A stretch of DNA of 64,000 bases. It comes from an uncultured Planctomycetaceae bacterium. GTDB lineage: Bacteria; Planctomycetota; Planctomycetia; Isosphaerales; Isosphaeraceae. The position numbers were made by a program, and so were the translations under genes. The notes under the pieces were generated by a model. That model did no database searches, had not been told where the DNA came from, and saw only the letters and a list, made by a program, of their open reading frames with translations. Positions 9,785 through 19,742 of this stretch are shown here, one piece after another (position 1 is the first letter of the stretch; every line of letters starts with the position of its first letter). Where the stretch lies: NCBI GenBank assembly GCA_963833985.1, contig CAWIAD010000002.1, positions 3,296,001 to 3,360,000 on the forward strand, written 5' to 3'.

Positions 9785-10826
9785 GGGGGGCTGTCTCCCG
9801 ATCCAAGTAGAACGACCGGCACCCGGATTTTCGACTGCACTGGATGGTCGGTTTCGAGGGTGAGCGTTCCCTTTGCCTCCCGGGAGTGCGGCCGGGACTC
9901 GATGCGGACGCTTCGCGCGAGACCCGCGCCGGGCTCGAAAGGGCGCGCTCTCACGCCGGGAACGTCACAGCTGGCATTGACGACGCGAAAGGCGGTATGG
10001 TCGTGCGATCTCACCTCGATCCGGCATTCCCCACCGGCAGGATCGACGACGGCGACGCTTGGCGAGGTCGTGATTCGTGCCAGGACCTCCCAGAACAGTT
10101 CATGTCGGAGCGCAACCTCACCACCTCGCAGTAAACAGACTTCGCCCCGCCTGGCTCCGGGCTCACCCGCGGCGTCCAGCCAAACGAAGAAGGACCGTGA
10201 ATCCTCCCGCAGTTCCCCGTCCGTAGACTCCGATGACTTGGGACCGCACCATTCCCCTTTCAGCGTGGAACGCAGTTCCAGGGAGTTAAGATCAAGCGGC
10301 GCATCAAGAGCCGTACCGTAGGCGAAGGCGGTGAACAGGTACTTCCTGGGGCTGGTTGAAGAGAGCAGTGGCGCCCTCTCACCGTCCGCAGGCTCCTCGA
10401 TTCGCAACGGCGGGTACACCTCGGCCTGGCTGACAAGACGTAGCTCCTCCGGTGCTGGTGGGTCGGTTTGAACGACCGCCTCATGGGTCACCCGGCCGAA
10501 CGGCACATGAGGACGCAGTGTCACCCTGACCTCGGCCGATCCGTTTGGGGCGAGCGCGTTGGCGCTAACACTTACCGACCCGCAGCACGGTTTCAAGTTG
10601 ACGACTTCCACAATTCGCACCGTCCGGGAGGAATGGTTTTCCAGCCGGTAAATGTGCTCCCGCGTCGTCCCAGCCTGGCCAATCAGTTTGCCGAAGTTGT
10701 AAGTGCGCGAAACCTGATTGATAAGCTGCTGCATGGGGGGGGGGCGTAACGCGGAGTGGCTCGCCAGCATCCCATGACTGGCACGAGAGACGTGAAAAAC
10801 AATGCCGTGACATGACGTGGCCGCAT
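9781..10826 (-). CDS. DUF1573 lipoprotein, cassette 2; out of frame at the C10 tract (10735-10744)
   Basis: ATG 10826 gives MRPRHVTALFFTSLVPVMGC (lipobox); body YNFG...HIYRLENHSSRTVRIVEVVNLKPCCG; C11 or C8 restores frame; paralog of 568..1591. Confidence 0.8.
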
Positions 10827-10880
10827 GGCACTGATACCTTCTGGACGCATCATCGGCCCGACGCAGCTTCTGAACGTCAG

Positions 10881-10909
10881 AATATCAACCCGTCCGATCA
10901 TTGAGTCAA
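10881..10909 (-). promoter_or_regulatory. sigma70-type promoter of cassette 2
   Basis: TTGACT-N17-GATATT on the minus strand, with an A-rich upstream tract. Confidence 0.5.
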
Positions 10910-11081
10910 GTAGATTTTTTTCTTTTTCTTGTGTCAGGCGCATGCCCATCCACCGAATGGCAGGCTTGACCGTTCGCCCCAGTGGCAGATCCTCAGGCCC
11001 GCTCCGGAGTTCGCTGCCCGACAACAGGTTTTGGTACCTTGATTGACTCGTCGATCTGTGCCATCAGCCGGCCGCTTGCCA

Positions 11082-11109
11082 TTGACGCCCACCGGGCCCC
11101 TTCTATAAT
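11082..11109 (+). promoter_or_regulatory. Near-consensus sigma70 promoter of the envelope operon
   Basis: TTGACG-N16-TATAAT about 90 nt before ATG 11200. Confidence 0.7.
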
Positions 11110-11199
11110 CCGGCTCGCGGGCAGGGATTGCGCCGCGGGTTCGGTGCTTGATTCTGTCGAGCTCGGCGTTCTGGCCCAGGGTCATCAAGGAGGATCGGC

Positions 11200-12809
11200 A
11201 TGGCCGGGCGGCGTTTCCTGGTTGCGGCGGTCGTCCTTTCGGCGGTCCTGCATGGCCTGTCGATTGCCCGGTCGCGCGTCCCGGCACAGGACGGGCTCAA
11301 GTTCATTGCAGTCGCCCGCCAGTTCCAGACGGATTCCTGGCCCGACGTCGTGCGCGACACCGACCAGCACCCGCTCTACCCGGCGCTTGTGGCTGCGGTC
11401 GAACCGGCGGTGGCCTTCTTCACCGGGCCCGGTCCGGACGCCTGGCGGCTGGCCGCGCAGATTGTCGCGGCCGTTGCTTCGGTGCTCATCCTCCTACCGC
11501 TTTTTGGCCTGGCGCGCGCGCTCTTCGACGGCTGGATCGCCGGCATGGCCGTGATGATCTACGCCCTCTTGCCGGTTCCCGGGGAGATCGGGCATGACAC
11601 GCTGAGCGACAGCCTGGGGCTGCTCGCGCTGGTCCTTTGCCTGCGTTACGGCGCCTTGGCGGTGCGGACCGGCGGCTGGCAATACGCCCTGGCAGCCGGG
11701 CTTGCCGGCGGCGTCGGCTACCTGGCGCGGCCGGAGGTCATCCTGGCGCCGCTGGCGCTGGGGCTGACGTGGGTGATCGTCAAGGTCCGTGCCTGGGACG
11801 TGCGCTCGCTCGTGACCGCGCCGGCCCTCCCCGTACTGTGCGTCTCCGCAATGGTGTTCGTGGGCGGATATGCCCTGGTGAAGGGGCAGGTGACGGAGAA
11901 GCTGGCCCTGCGACACGGCGCGGCGCTCGGCGCGCAGCAGCTCCTGCTCCGGCCGGTCCCGCAGCTCTTGCCGAAGGGTCTGGACGACCGGCGCTGGGAC
12001 TTCTCGCCGAAGGAGGACGCGGAGCGAACCCAGGTGCGGCATACCTCGCGGGCCCTGCACTGGATGCTCTCGGAGTGGTGGGATGCGCTCTGCTGGGGCT
12101 TCGCCGCGATGGCGGTCTGGGGGCTGGCACGGCAGCGGTTCATTCTCGGGCTTTGCCGCGCGGGCGACCCGGGCCATGCAGGACAGACCGAGCGCCTGGT
12201 GCTGGCCACATTCGCGGTTGTGTTCGTGCTGGCCCTGTTGCGGCACACCGCGGCGCTGGGGTATCTCTCGGGTCGGCACACGCTGCCGCTGGTCTTGATC
12301 TCGGTTCCCTGGGCGGCCGCGGGCACATTCGTGTGCCTGCGCGGGCTGGGGGTGAAGCTTCCCTGGAGCCGGCGCACGGCGTGGGCGTCGTGCATGGCGG
12401 CCTCCGCGGTCGTCATGCTGGTCATGGTGGTTTACCAGCTTCGTCCCGCTCATCCCACGCGCATGGGCCACTGGGCGGCGGGCCGCTGGCTGGCCCAGCA
12501 TGCGGGGCCGTCGGAGCTGGTGCTCGATACCCGGGGCTGGGCGCGTTTCGTTTCGGCGCGCCGGGCTACGATTACTGGCACGTCCGCCAGGCGTTGACCG
12601 ATTCTCACCTGGCTTACGTGGTCGTGGGCCGTGAGGAGCTGGAGGCGGATACCCCCCGGGCACGCACGCTGGGAGCGCTGCTGGCCTACGCGGCGACACC
12701 CGTCCAGGACTTCTCCGTGATGGTGCGGCACCATGACGTCGGGGCCAGGATCTACCGCTTCCACAAGCCTGCATCCTGGGAGGAGCTAACGCCAATACCT
12801 ATGAAATAG
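11200..12809 (+). CDS. GT-C fold membrane glycosyltransferase (ArnT/PMT-like, GT39); frameshift near 12557
   Basis: QDGLKF, HPLYPAL, LSDSL, YLARPE motifs and many TM helices; C-terminus continues as GAPGYDYWHVRQ in ORF 11637..12809. Confidence 0.8.
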
Positions 12810-12847
12810 CGTTCGTTTACGAGAAGGCTCAAAAACTTTGCGACAAA

Positions 12848-12978
12848 CTTGTTCCCACGAAGAGCGTGGGAACACCGGTCGGGACGCACTGCGTCCCCTG
12901 GATTTCCCAGCTTCAGCACGGGCCCAATCGACGCGGAGCGTCGCAGACGGCATTCCCACGCGGAGCGTGGGAACGAGG
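12848..12978. repeat. REP-like palindromic element (four hairpins, inverted ends)
   Basis: GTTCCCACG-aagag-CGTGGGAAC, GGGACGC-act-GCGTCCC, CGACGC-gga-GCGTCG, TTCCCACG-cggag-CGTGGGAACGAG. Confidence 0.8.
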
Positions 12979-13036
12979 GAAAAACCTATGCCGGCACCCA
13001 ACCTATCGCCATTTCCACGGTATTGGGGCTAACGCC

Positions 13037-13954
13037 TTGAACTACGGGTCGCTCTGGGACCGCCTGTTCCGCGGCGTACGCTGGTCGTGGATCGACCCGC
13101 GCTATCAACGGGCGTTGCCGCCGGACCTGGACGCGGCAGTGATGACGCTGGAGACGCGCGACCGGCTGCACGCCAAGCAGGGACGCTCGACGGCTCGCGT
13201 CGTGTTCCATCCGCCCGCAACGCAAACCCGGCGCGACGCGAGGCCGCCGGCCGAGGGCGTTCCCGGCGCCGTGACGGTTTACCTGAAGCGGCATTTTCGG
13301 CTCCCCTGGCGGACCCGGCTTGGCGCCCTCTTGAATCCGGCCGGGCATCACTCGCCGGCCGCGGCGGAATGGGACCACCTGCGCAGGGCGCGTGCCCTGG
13401 GCGTGCCGGTTCCCGACGTCGTGGCCACGGGCGAGCGGATCGGCCCCTGGTCCTGCCTGCAAAGCTACCTGATGGTCGCCGAGCTGACCGGCTGCCTGGA
13501 GCTGAACGTCGCCCTGCCCGATCTGGAAGAGACGATGGCACCGCCGGCCTTCGCCGCCTTCAAGCGAAGGCTGATTGCCGAGATGGCCCGGATCACGTCA
13601 GCCCTGCACGCGGCGCACGTGTTCCACAAGGACCTCTACCTGTGCCACTTCTTCCTGGATCTCCAGAGGCTCCGCGCGGATGCGGACGACGTCCGGCTCG
13701 TGCTCATTGATCTCCATCGCCTGGCCGAGCATCGCCTCTGGCCGGACCGCTGGCGCTGGAAGGACCTGGGCCAGTTGCTCTATTCCACCCGCGGAGTCGC
13801 CGGAATTGACGATCGCGACGTCCTGAGGTTCTGGAGCAATTATCGCGGCCGGCTCGCCCTGCGATCGCACCGCTGGCAGGCGCGGATGATCCGGCTGAAG
13901 GCGGCAAAGTACTTCGAGCACAACCGCAGGAGGTCCCAGGATGCGGGAGTCTGA
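13037..13954 (+). CDS. Lipopolysaccharide kinase (Kdo/WaaP family); start uncertain
   Basis: VYLKRH, VFHKDLYLCHFF, LIDLHRL, WRWKDLGQLLYS. Confidence 0.88.
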   Translation: MNYGSLWDRLFRGVRWSWIDPRYQRALPPDLDAAVMTLETRDRLHAKQGRSTARVVFHPPATQTRRDARPPAEGVPGAVTVYLKRHFRLPWRTRLGALLNPAGHHSPAAAEWDHLRRARALGVPVPDVVATGERIGPWSCLQSYLMVAELTGCLELNVALPDLEETMAPPAFAAFKRRLIAEMARITSALHAAHVFHKDLYLCHFFLDLQRLRADADDVRLVLIDLHRLAEHRLWPDRWRWKDLGQLLYSTRGVAGIDDRDVLRFWSNYRGRLALRSHRWQARMIRLKAAKYFEHNRRRSQDAGV

Positions 13955-14091
13955 CGGTTGCCAGCATGAGGGCTGCGGATGAGCACGCGTGTGGCGGGAA
14001 ACGCCTCCAGTTCCGGGCCTCGGAGGTGCGAAGGATTGAAGGATACCGGCACGCGTCCGATGTGCCGGATCCTTCTCGGGAGAGCTCAACC

Positions 14092-15420
14092 ATGCACCTG
14101 GCCTTGAACTTTCCGCGCATCGACCCCGCGCGCGGCGGTGCCGAGACCTACATCGTGGACCTGTGCCGTAGCTTGATCCAGGCCGGCCACAGCGTGGACC
14201 TGTACGCGGAGCGCTGGCAGGAAGGCGCGCTTCCCGGCGAGGTGCGGTGCGTGGCCGTGCCCGCTCCCGGGCGCAGCCGGCGCCAGCAGATCTGGAACTT
14301 CGCGCGGAACTCGGCGGCCGCTCTGGAGCAGTCGGAGCACGACTGCTCGGTTGGCTTCATCAACACCTACGCCCACGACGTGATCATCCCCCAGGGAGGC
14401 GTGCAGGCCGGTAGCCTGGAAGCGAACTCCCGGCGCTTTGCCGCGGGCCTGCCGCGCCGGCTGTACCTGCTGGGCAAGAAGCTGAATCCGAAATACGCGA
14501 CCTTCCGCGCCATCGAGCACCGGCAATACCACCCGGACCGTCCGGCGCGGGTGATCGCGGTCAGCCACATGGTGCGGAAGCATCTCCAGCAGTATCACCA
14601 CGTCTCGCGCGAGCGGATCACGGTGGTTCCCAACGCCATCGATCCCCAGCGCGTGCGGTCCGGGCAGCCCGGTGCATTGCGGTGCGCGTTCCGCAACCGG
14701 CTTGGGCTCGAGCCGGACGACGTGGTGGGCCTGTTCGTGGGACATAACTTCGCGCTCAAGGGGCTCAGGCCCTTGTTGCAGGCCCTGGGCGCACGGGCTC
14801 GCGGATCGCGCCGTGCCATTCACCTGCTCGTCTCCGGGGCCGGAAATGCCGGTCCCTACCGCCGGCTGGCGAGTGGTCTGGGCGTCTTGCCGCAGGTCCA
14901 TTTCCTCGGGTTTCACGCCGAGATCCGCGAGTGCTACGCTGCCAGCGACTTCTTCGTCTTGCCGACTTACTACGACCCCTGCTCGCTGGTCGTGCTGGAG
15001 GCCCTGGCGTGCGGCTTGCCGGTCATCACCACGCTCCAGAACGGGGCGGGCGAGCTGATCAGCGACGGCCGGCAAGGCTACCTGCTGACCTCGCCGGACG
15101 CCCAGGGCGAGCTGGTCACGGCACTCGAGCACATGACCGTGGGGGCGCACCGCCTCGCCATGTCGGTGGAGGCCGCCAGGCTGGGCGGCGAGCAGACCTT
15201 CGACCGCCATGCCGCGGCTCTCACGAAGGTCTTCGAGGAGGTGGCCGCCTCGAAGCGGAGCCGGCGCGCAGGGCAAGGCGGGCGGCACGACGCCGCACGG
15301 CCGGTCACGCTCCGGCTCCCGGTCCGGCAGCCAGGCGCGGCGCCACCATCCCTGAACAAGGGCCAGGGCCCGCACAGCGCGGGCCGAGCCCACGCCGATC
15401 GATCCAGGAAAGGGAATTCC
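14092..15420 (+). CDS. GT4 glycosyltransferase (WaaG/RfaG-like); reads in frame into the next gene
   Basis: GGAETY, FVGHNFALKG, PTYYDPCSLVVLEALACGLPVITT; no stop before 15424 in this sequence. Confidence 0.85.
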
Positions 15421-15423
15421 CAG

Positions 15424-16179
15424 ATGCGAGCCGTACTGCTGGCAGGAGGTAAGGGGACACGGTTGCGGCCCTACACTCACGTGCTGCCGAAGCCGCTCAT
15501 GCCGCTGGGCGAGGACGACCCGATGCCCATCATCGAGGTCGTCCTGCGGCAGCTCGCACGCTATGGCTTCAACGATGTCACCGTGATCACCGGATATCTC
15601 ACCGAGCTCATCGAAGCATTCTGCGGCGACGGCCGCAAGTTCGGCACCCGCCTGCACTATCGCCGCGAGCAGACGCCGCTGGGAACCGCCGGCGGCCTGA
15701 CGCTGCTGAAGCGCCCGGCCGAGCCCGTTCTGGTGATCAACGGCGACATCCTCACGACCCTGAACTACGGTGCGATGTATGAGTTTCATCGCCTGCGCGG
15801 CGCGGCCGCGACGATCGCGTCGTATCCGCGCGAGGTGAAGATCGACTTCGGCGTCCTGGAGTTCGGTGATGATCCGCACATCTTGACCGGATACCGGGAG
15901 AAGCCGGAGTATTCCTTTCAGGTGAGCATGGGCGTTTACATCCTCGATCCCGTCGCCTGGGATTTCCTCGCTCCGGACCAGGCTTTGCCGATGCCCGATC
16001 TGCTGGAAAGCTTGCGGACCCGCGGCCATGCCGTGCACTGCTATCGCCAGCCCTGTTACTGGCTGGACATCGGCCGCCACGACGATTACGCCACCGCCAA
16101 CGAGATCTTCGACACGCGCCGGGCCTCGTTCCTGGGCGGCGCAGAGCGGCCGGTGCGGCAAATGGGGCGCGACCTGTGA
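15424..16179 (+). CDS. Sugar-phosphate nucleotidyltransferase
   Basis: MRAVLLAGGKGTRLRPYT..LPKPL, PLGTAG, VINGDIL, WLDIG; own purine-rich RBS. Confidence 0.9.
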   Translation: MRAVLLAGGKGTRLRPYTHVLPKPLMPLGEDDPMPIIEVVLRQLARYGFNDVTVITGYLTELIEAFCGDGRKFGTRLHYRREQTPLGTAGGLTLLKRPAEPVLVINGDILTTLNYGAMYEFHRLRGAAATIASYPREVKIDFGVLEFGDDPHILTGYREKPEYSFQVSMGVYILDPVAWDFLAPDQALPMPDLLESLRTRGHAVHCYRQPCYWLDIGRHDDYATANEIFDTRRASFLGGAERPVRQMGRDL

Positions 16180-18110
16180 GCTGGGCCGCGCACGCCTGGG
16201 CCCTGTACCCGCCTGGCATCCTGGCCGGCTACCTGATCGGCGCGATCCCCTTCGGATACCTCGTTTTTTACGCAGTCAAGGGTGTCGACATCCGCACGGT
16301 CGGGTCCGGCAACATCGGCGCCACCAACGTGGGCCGCAATCTTGGCTTCCGCTTCTTCGTGCTGGTCTTTCTGCTCGACGTGCTCAAGGGGCTGGCGCCG
16401 ACGGCCGGCATCCCCCGGGCGCTGAAGGCCCTGGGCATGAGCGTGCCCGCCGACCTCGCCGTGTATATCGCCATCGCGGCGGTGCTCGGACATAACTTTC
16501 CCGTCTACCTGCGTTTCAAGGGGGGCAAGGGGGTCGCCACCAGCCTGGGCAGCTTGCTGGCGCTCGACCTGTTCGCCTGCGGCGCGGCGGCCGTGGGCTT
16601 CTTCCTCGTGTTCCTGCCAACGCGATACGTCTCACTTTCCTCGATTGCCGGCGCCCTGGCATTCGCGGCCGGCCACTTCGCCCGGACCGCAGGTCCCTGG
16701 AATTCGGAGAACCTGGCCATGAGCCTGCTGTCGATCGCGATTCCCACCCTGCTGCTGGTCCGGCATCACAAGAACCTGGGGCGGATTCTCCAGGGCACCG
16801 AGCCGAAGGTGCCGCTACGGCGCAAAGCAGGCGCTGTCGCGGCGAATGGAACCGATCAGCCGGGGAAGCCGGGCGGTCGAGTCCATCCCTTCCTGCTCAT
16901 GGGCGTCGCGGCCCTGTGCGCGTTTCTGGCATGTTGCGGGCTGCTGGTCCAGCGCCGCCTGAGCCAGCCGATCGAGGTCGTCGCCGGACCCTGGGTACTG
17001 CGCGAGACGCACCGTGAACAGAGCGGCCAGCAGCGTGCCACCCGCGTTGCCTTTGCGCCCGGAGGCCGGCAGCTTGCCGTACTTTGCCCGCGCTACAACA
17101 AGGTTCTGCTCTATGACGTCACGGCCAGCGCGAGGCTGGCCCTGGCGCGGGAGATCGAGGTTCCAGGCCGGCCGGTGGCGCTGGCGCTCGCGGCAGGACG
17201 CCTGGTCGTGCTCCAGCGGCCGCTGGGAGACGACAAGCACCTGGCGCAAGGCTGGTGGGACGTCTTCCGCCTGGAGGACGGAGCCGCGGGCGTACGTGTT
17301 CCGGCCGGTTACTATCCGGACGACCTGGCCGTGACTCCGGACGGCCGGCACGTGATCGTGCTGAACTCAGGAAGCGCCGAGGGTGACTCGAAGAAGCCGC
17401 TGCCGGGCATCGACGTCTTTCCCCTCGCAGGCGACGAGACGATCGATCCCTCCCGCCCGGTCGGCCACCTGGACCTGGAGCCGGGCGACGACGCCGACCG
17501 GCTCTTCCTCTCGGCGGCCGGCACCCGGCTGCTGGTCACCCTGCCGCACGCAAAGCAGGCGGTGGCCATTGACCTTCAGGACCCGGCCCATCCCCGCCGC
17601 GCGGGCCGGACGGAACTCTCCAGCGCGGGCACGCCGTACCTGTCGATCGCCCCCGACGGAGACTGGATGATCATGCCGACCGTGCACGAGGCCGAGGCCG
17701 TGGCCCTGGCCATCGGCGGCCAGGTGCCGCGGGATGACGAGGCCGCGACCACGAGTCGGCCGGCCTCTTACCTGGTTTACACGCGGCCCGACGATTCAGC
17801 ACTCGAGCTCGCGCGCACCGCACCGCTCGAGGCCCTGGGTCAATTCCCCCTCAAAGGGCCTTTGAATTTCGCAGGCACACGACCCTCCGGCATCGCCTTC
17901 TCTCCCGAGCGCGGGCTCATCGCCGTCGCCACCAAGCCGGGCACCGTGCACCTCGTGTCGATCACGTCCCGGCTCGAGAGCGGAACGGCCGCCGTCAAGA
18001 AGAGCAGTCAGGATGCCCGTCCCCTCCGGATCGCCCGCTCGCGCTTGTCGGAAGATGGTTCTCGAAGCGACGACTCCGAGCCGACGGAGCGCGGTCGCTC
18101 GGTGCGCTGA
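16176..18110 (+). CDS. plsY: Glycerol-3-phosphate acyltransferase PlsY with a long C-terminal beta-propeller-like extension
   Basis: GSGNIGATNVGR, GHNFPVYLRFKGGKGVAT, RHHKNL; then an extra TM and repeats such as AFAPGGRQL, AVTPDGRHV, AFSPERGL. Confidence 0.88.
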   Translation: MSWAAHAWALYPPGILAGYLIGAIPFGYLVFYAVKGVDIRTVGSGNIGATNVGRNLGFRFFVLVFLLDVLKGLAPTAGIPRALKALGMSVPADLAVYIAIAAVLGHNFPVYLRFKGGKGVATSLGSLLALDLFACGAAAVGFFLVFLPTRYVSLSSIAGALAFAAGHFARTAGPWNSENLAMSLLSIAIPTLLLVRHHKNLGRILQGTEPKVPLRRKAGAVAANGTDQPGKPGGRVHPFLLMGVAALCAFLACCGLLVQRRLSQPIEVVAGPWVLRETHREQSGQQRATRVAFAPGGRQLAVLCPRYNKVLLYDVTASARLALAREIEVPGRPVALALAAGRLVVLQRPLGDDKHLAQGWWDVFRLEDGAAGVRVPAGYYPDDLAVTPDGRHVIVLNSGSAEGDSKKPLPGIDVFPLAGDETIDPSRPVGHLDLEPGDDADRLFLSAAGTRLLVTLPHAKQAVAIDLQDPAHPRRAGRTELSSAGTPYLSIAPDGDWMIMPTVHEAEAVALAIGGQVPRDDEAATTSRPASYLVYTRPDDSALELARTAPLEALGQFPLKGPLNFAGTRPSGIAFSPERGLIAVATKPGTVHLVSITSRLESGTAAVKKSSQDARPLRIARSRLSEDGSRSDDSEPTERGRSVR

Positions 18111-18400
18111 GGTGCCCGGGCGCCCGGGAGCCACGCGTCGTTCGGGACTCTTGACGAAGCCGCCGGACGAGATGGAGGTCGAGGCCGGATCTCGAAGCGC
18201 CGAACAAATGCATTGCACCACCGGTTGCGGGGGATCCGGGACCATTTGCCTTGCTTCGGTGGGACTTGCGAGTCTCTTTCTCTCCCTCTCGGAGGGGCTG
18301 AGCAGTGTTGAAGGTCGACAAATCGAGATCCCGCGGCACGAATGGCGGTGAGAGAAGCCTGATCGTGCAGCGGATCGAGTGCCGAAAGTGTGCCGAAAGC

Positions 18401-18443
18401 GAAAGGGTTCGGGAACCTTCGACGCAGGCTCCCCAACCCTTTC
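18401..18443. terminator. Stem-loop between convergent genes
   Basis: GAAAGGGTT-CGGGAACCT...AGGCTCCCC-AACCCTTTC imperfect inverted repeat just past the SDR stop. Confidence 0.4.
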
Positions 18444-18455
18444 CGGCTTATTGAT

Positions 18456-19205
18456 TCAGACCTGGGCCATGCCGCCGTCCACGAACAGCTCGACTCCGGT
18501 CACGTAGCTCGCGTCGTCGGACGCCAGGAACACGGCCGCCCTGGCGATCTCGTCGGGCTGGCCCAACCGGCCAAGCGGCACGCTGGCGGCCATGCCCGCC
18601 TTGATCTCCCGTGTCTGCTCCGGCGTCGCCCCCAGACCCTCCAGGGCTGGAGTCTCGATCGGCCCGGGGCTGATCGCGTTGACACGGATCTTGCGGGCCT
18701 TGAGGTCTGCCGTCCAGGTGCGGGCGAACGATCGCACCGCGGCCTTCGTCGCGCTGTACACGCTGAAGGCCTCCATTCCCTTGATCGACACGATCGAGGC
18801 GTTGAGGATGATTGACCCGCCGTCGGGGATCAGCGGCAGGGCCTTCTGAACGGAGAAGAGCAGGCCCTTCACGTTGATGTTGAATGCCTTGTCGAAGTGC
18901 TCCTCGGTGATCTGGCCGAGTGGGGCGAACTCTGCGCCGCCGGCGTTGGCGAACAGGATGTCGACCCGCCCGTGCTGCTCCTTGACCGTGGCGTACAGCC
19001 GGTCGAGGTCGGCCAGTTTCGCAACGTCCCCGCGGAACCCGACCGCGTTCCCGCCGATGTCCTTGACCGCGGCGTCCAGCTCGGCCTGGCGCCGACCGGT
19101 CACCACGACCTTCGCTCCCTCGGCCGCAAACCGCTTGGCGGTCGCCAGCCCGATCCCGCTCGTGCCGCCGGTGATGACTGCGACCTTGCCGTCGAGCTTA
19201 CCCAT
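18456..19205 (-). CDS. Short-chain dehydrogenase/reductase
   Basis: TGGTSGIG, ANAG, YSATK, VNAISPGPIET. Confidence 0.95.
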   Translation of the reverse strand: MGKLDGKVAVITGGTSGIGLATAKRFAAEGAKVVVTGRRQAELDAAVKDIGGNAVGFRGDVAKLADLDRLYATVKEQHGRVDILFANAGGAEFAPLGQITEEHFDKAFNINVKGLLFSVQKALPLIPDGGSIILNASIVSIKGMEAFSVYSATKAAVRSFARTWTADLKARKIRVNAISPGPIETPALEGLGATPEQTREIKAGMAASVPLGRLGQPDEIARAAVFLASDDASYVTGVELFVDGGMAQV

Positions 19206-19274
19206 CGAATCACCTCGCTACTGGTAAAAGGTCGGAACCGAGGCTATTCTTAGTAGAAGCTTTCGGCGGGGCAA

Positions 19275-19296
19275 GTACTCACCTTTTCGTAAGTGC
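19275..19296. promoter_or_regulatory. Putative HxlR operator
   Basis: Imperfect palindrome GTACTCAC-cttttc-GTAAGTGC between divergent SDR and HxlR genes. Confidence 0.5.
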
Positions 19297-19329
19297 CCCG
19301 GCACCGGAGGCAGCGAGACGAGGAAACCG

Positions 19330-19671
19330 ATGCGAAGACGATCGTACGGCTGCGGCATCGAAGCGGCGCTGGCCGTCGTCGGAGGCAAGTGGAAGCCGAT
19401 CGTGCTGTGGCATCTCTCGGGCGACCCCCGCCGGTTCAGCGAGTTGCGACGCCGGGTGACCGGCATCAGCGAGAAGATGTTGATCCAGCAACTGCGCGAG
19501 ATGCAGGCGGACGGAATCGTTGTGCGGAGAGACTTTCAAGAAGTCCCACCGCGCGTCGAGTATGCCCTCACCGAGTTCGGCGTCTCGCTTGTCGAAGCGC
19601 TCCGGCCGCTCTGCGATTGGGGTCGAGAGCACATGGAACGCATCGAGGGGGCGAAAGAAGAAGCCGGCTGA
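19330..19671 (+). CDS. HxlR-family transcriptional regulator
   Basis: GGKWKPIVLWHL, RFSELRR, ISEKMLIQQLRE, VPPRVEYALT. Confidence 0.95.
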   Translation: MRRRSYGCGIEAALAVVGGKWKPIVLWHLSGDPRRFSELRRRVTGISEKMLIQQLREMQADGIVVRRDFQEVPPRVEYALTEFGVSLVEALRPLCDWGREHMERIEGAKEEAG

Positions 19672-19742
19672 TCGGCCCAGGAGAGAACGGACGCGATTGA
19701 CTTTTTTCTTGTCCCGCTTTCGCCCCTGCGCGGATAAGGGGT

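Noticed and set aside
13966..16179. Genuine GT4-nucleotidyltransferase fusion (737-aa ORF)
   Set aside because: The second domain has its own RBS and ATG at 15424, the linker is low-complexity, and a TGA sits in a neighbouring frame at 15353; an indel error is as likely as a fusion
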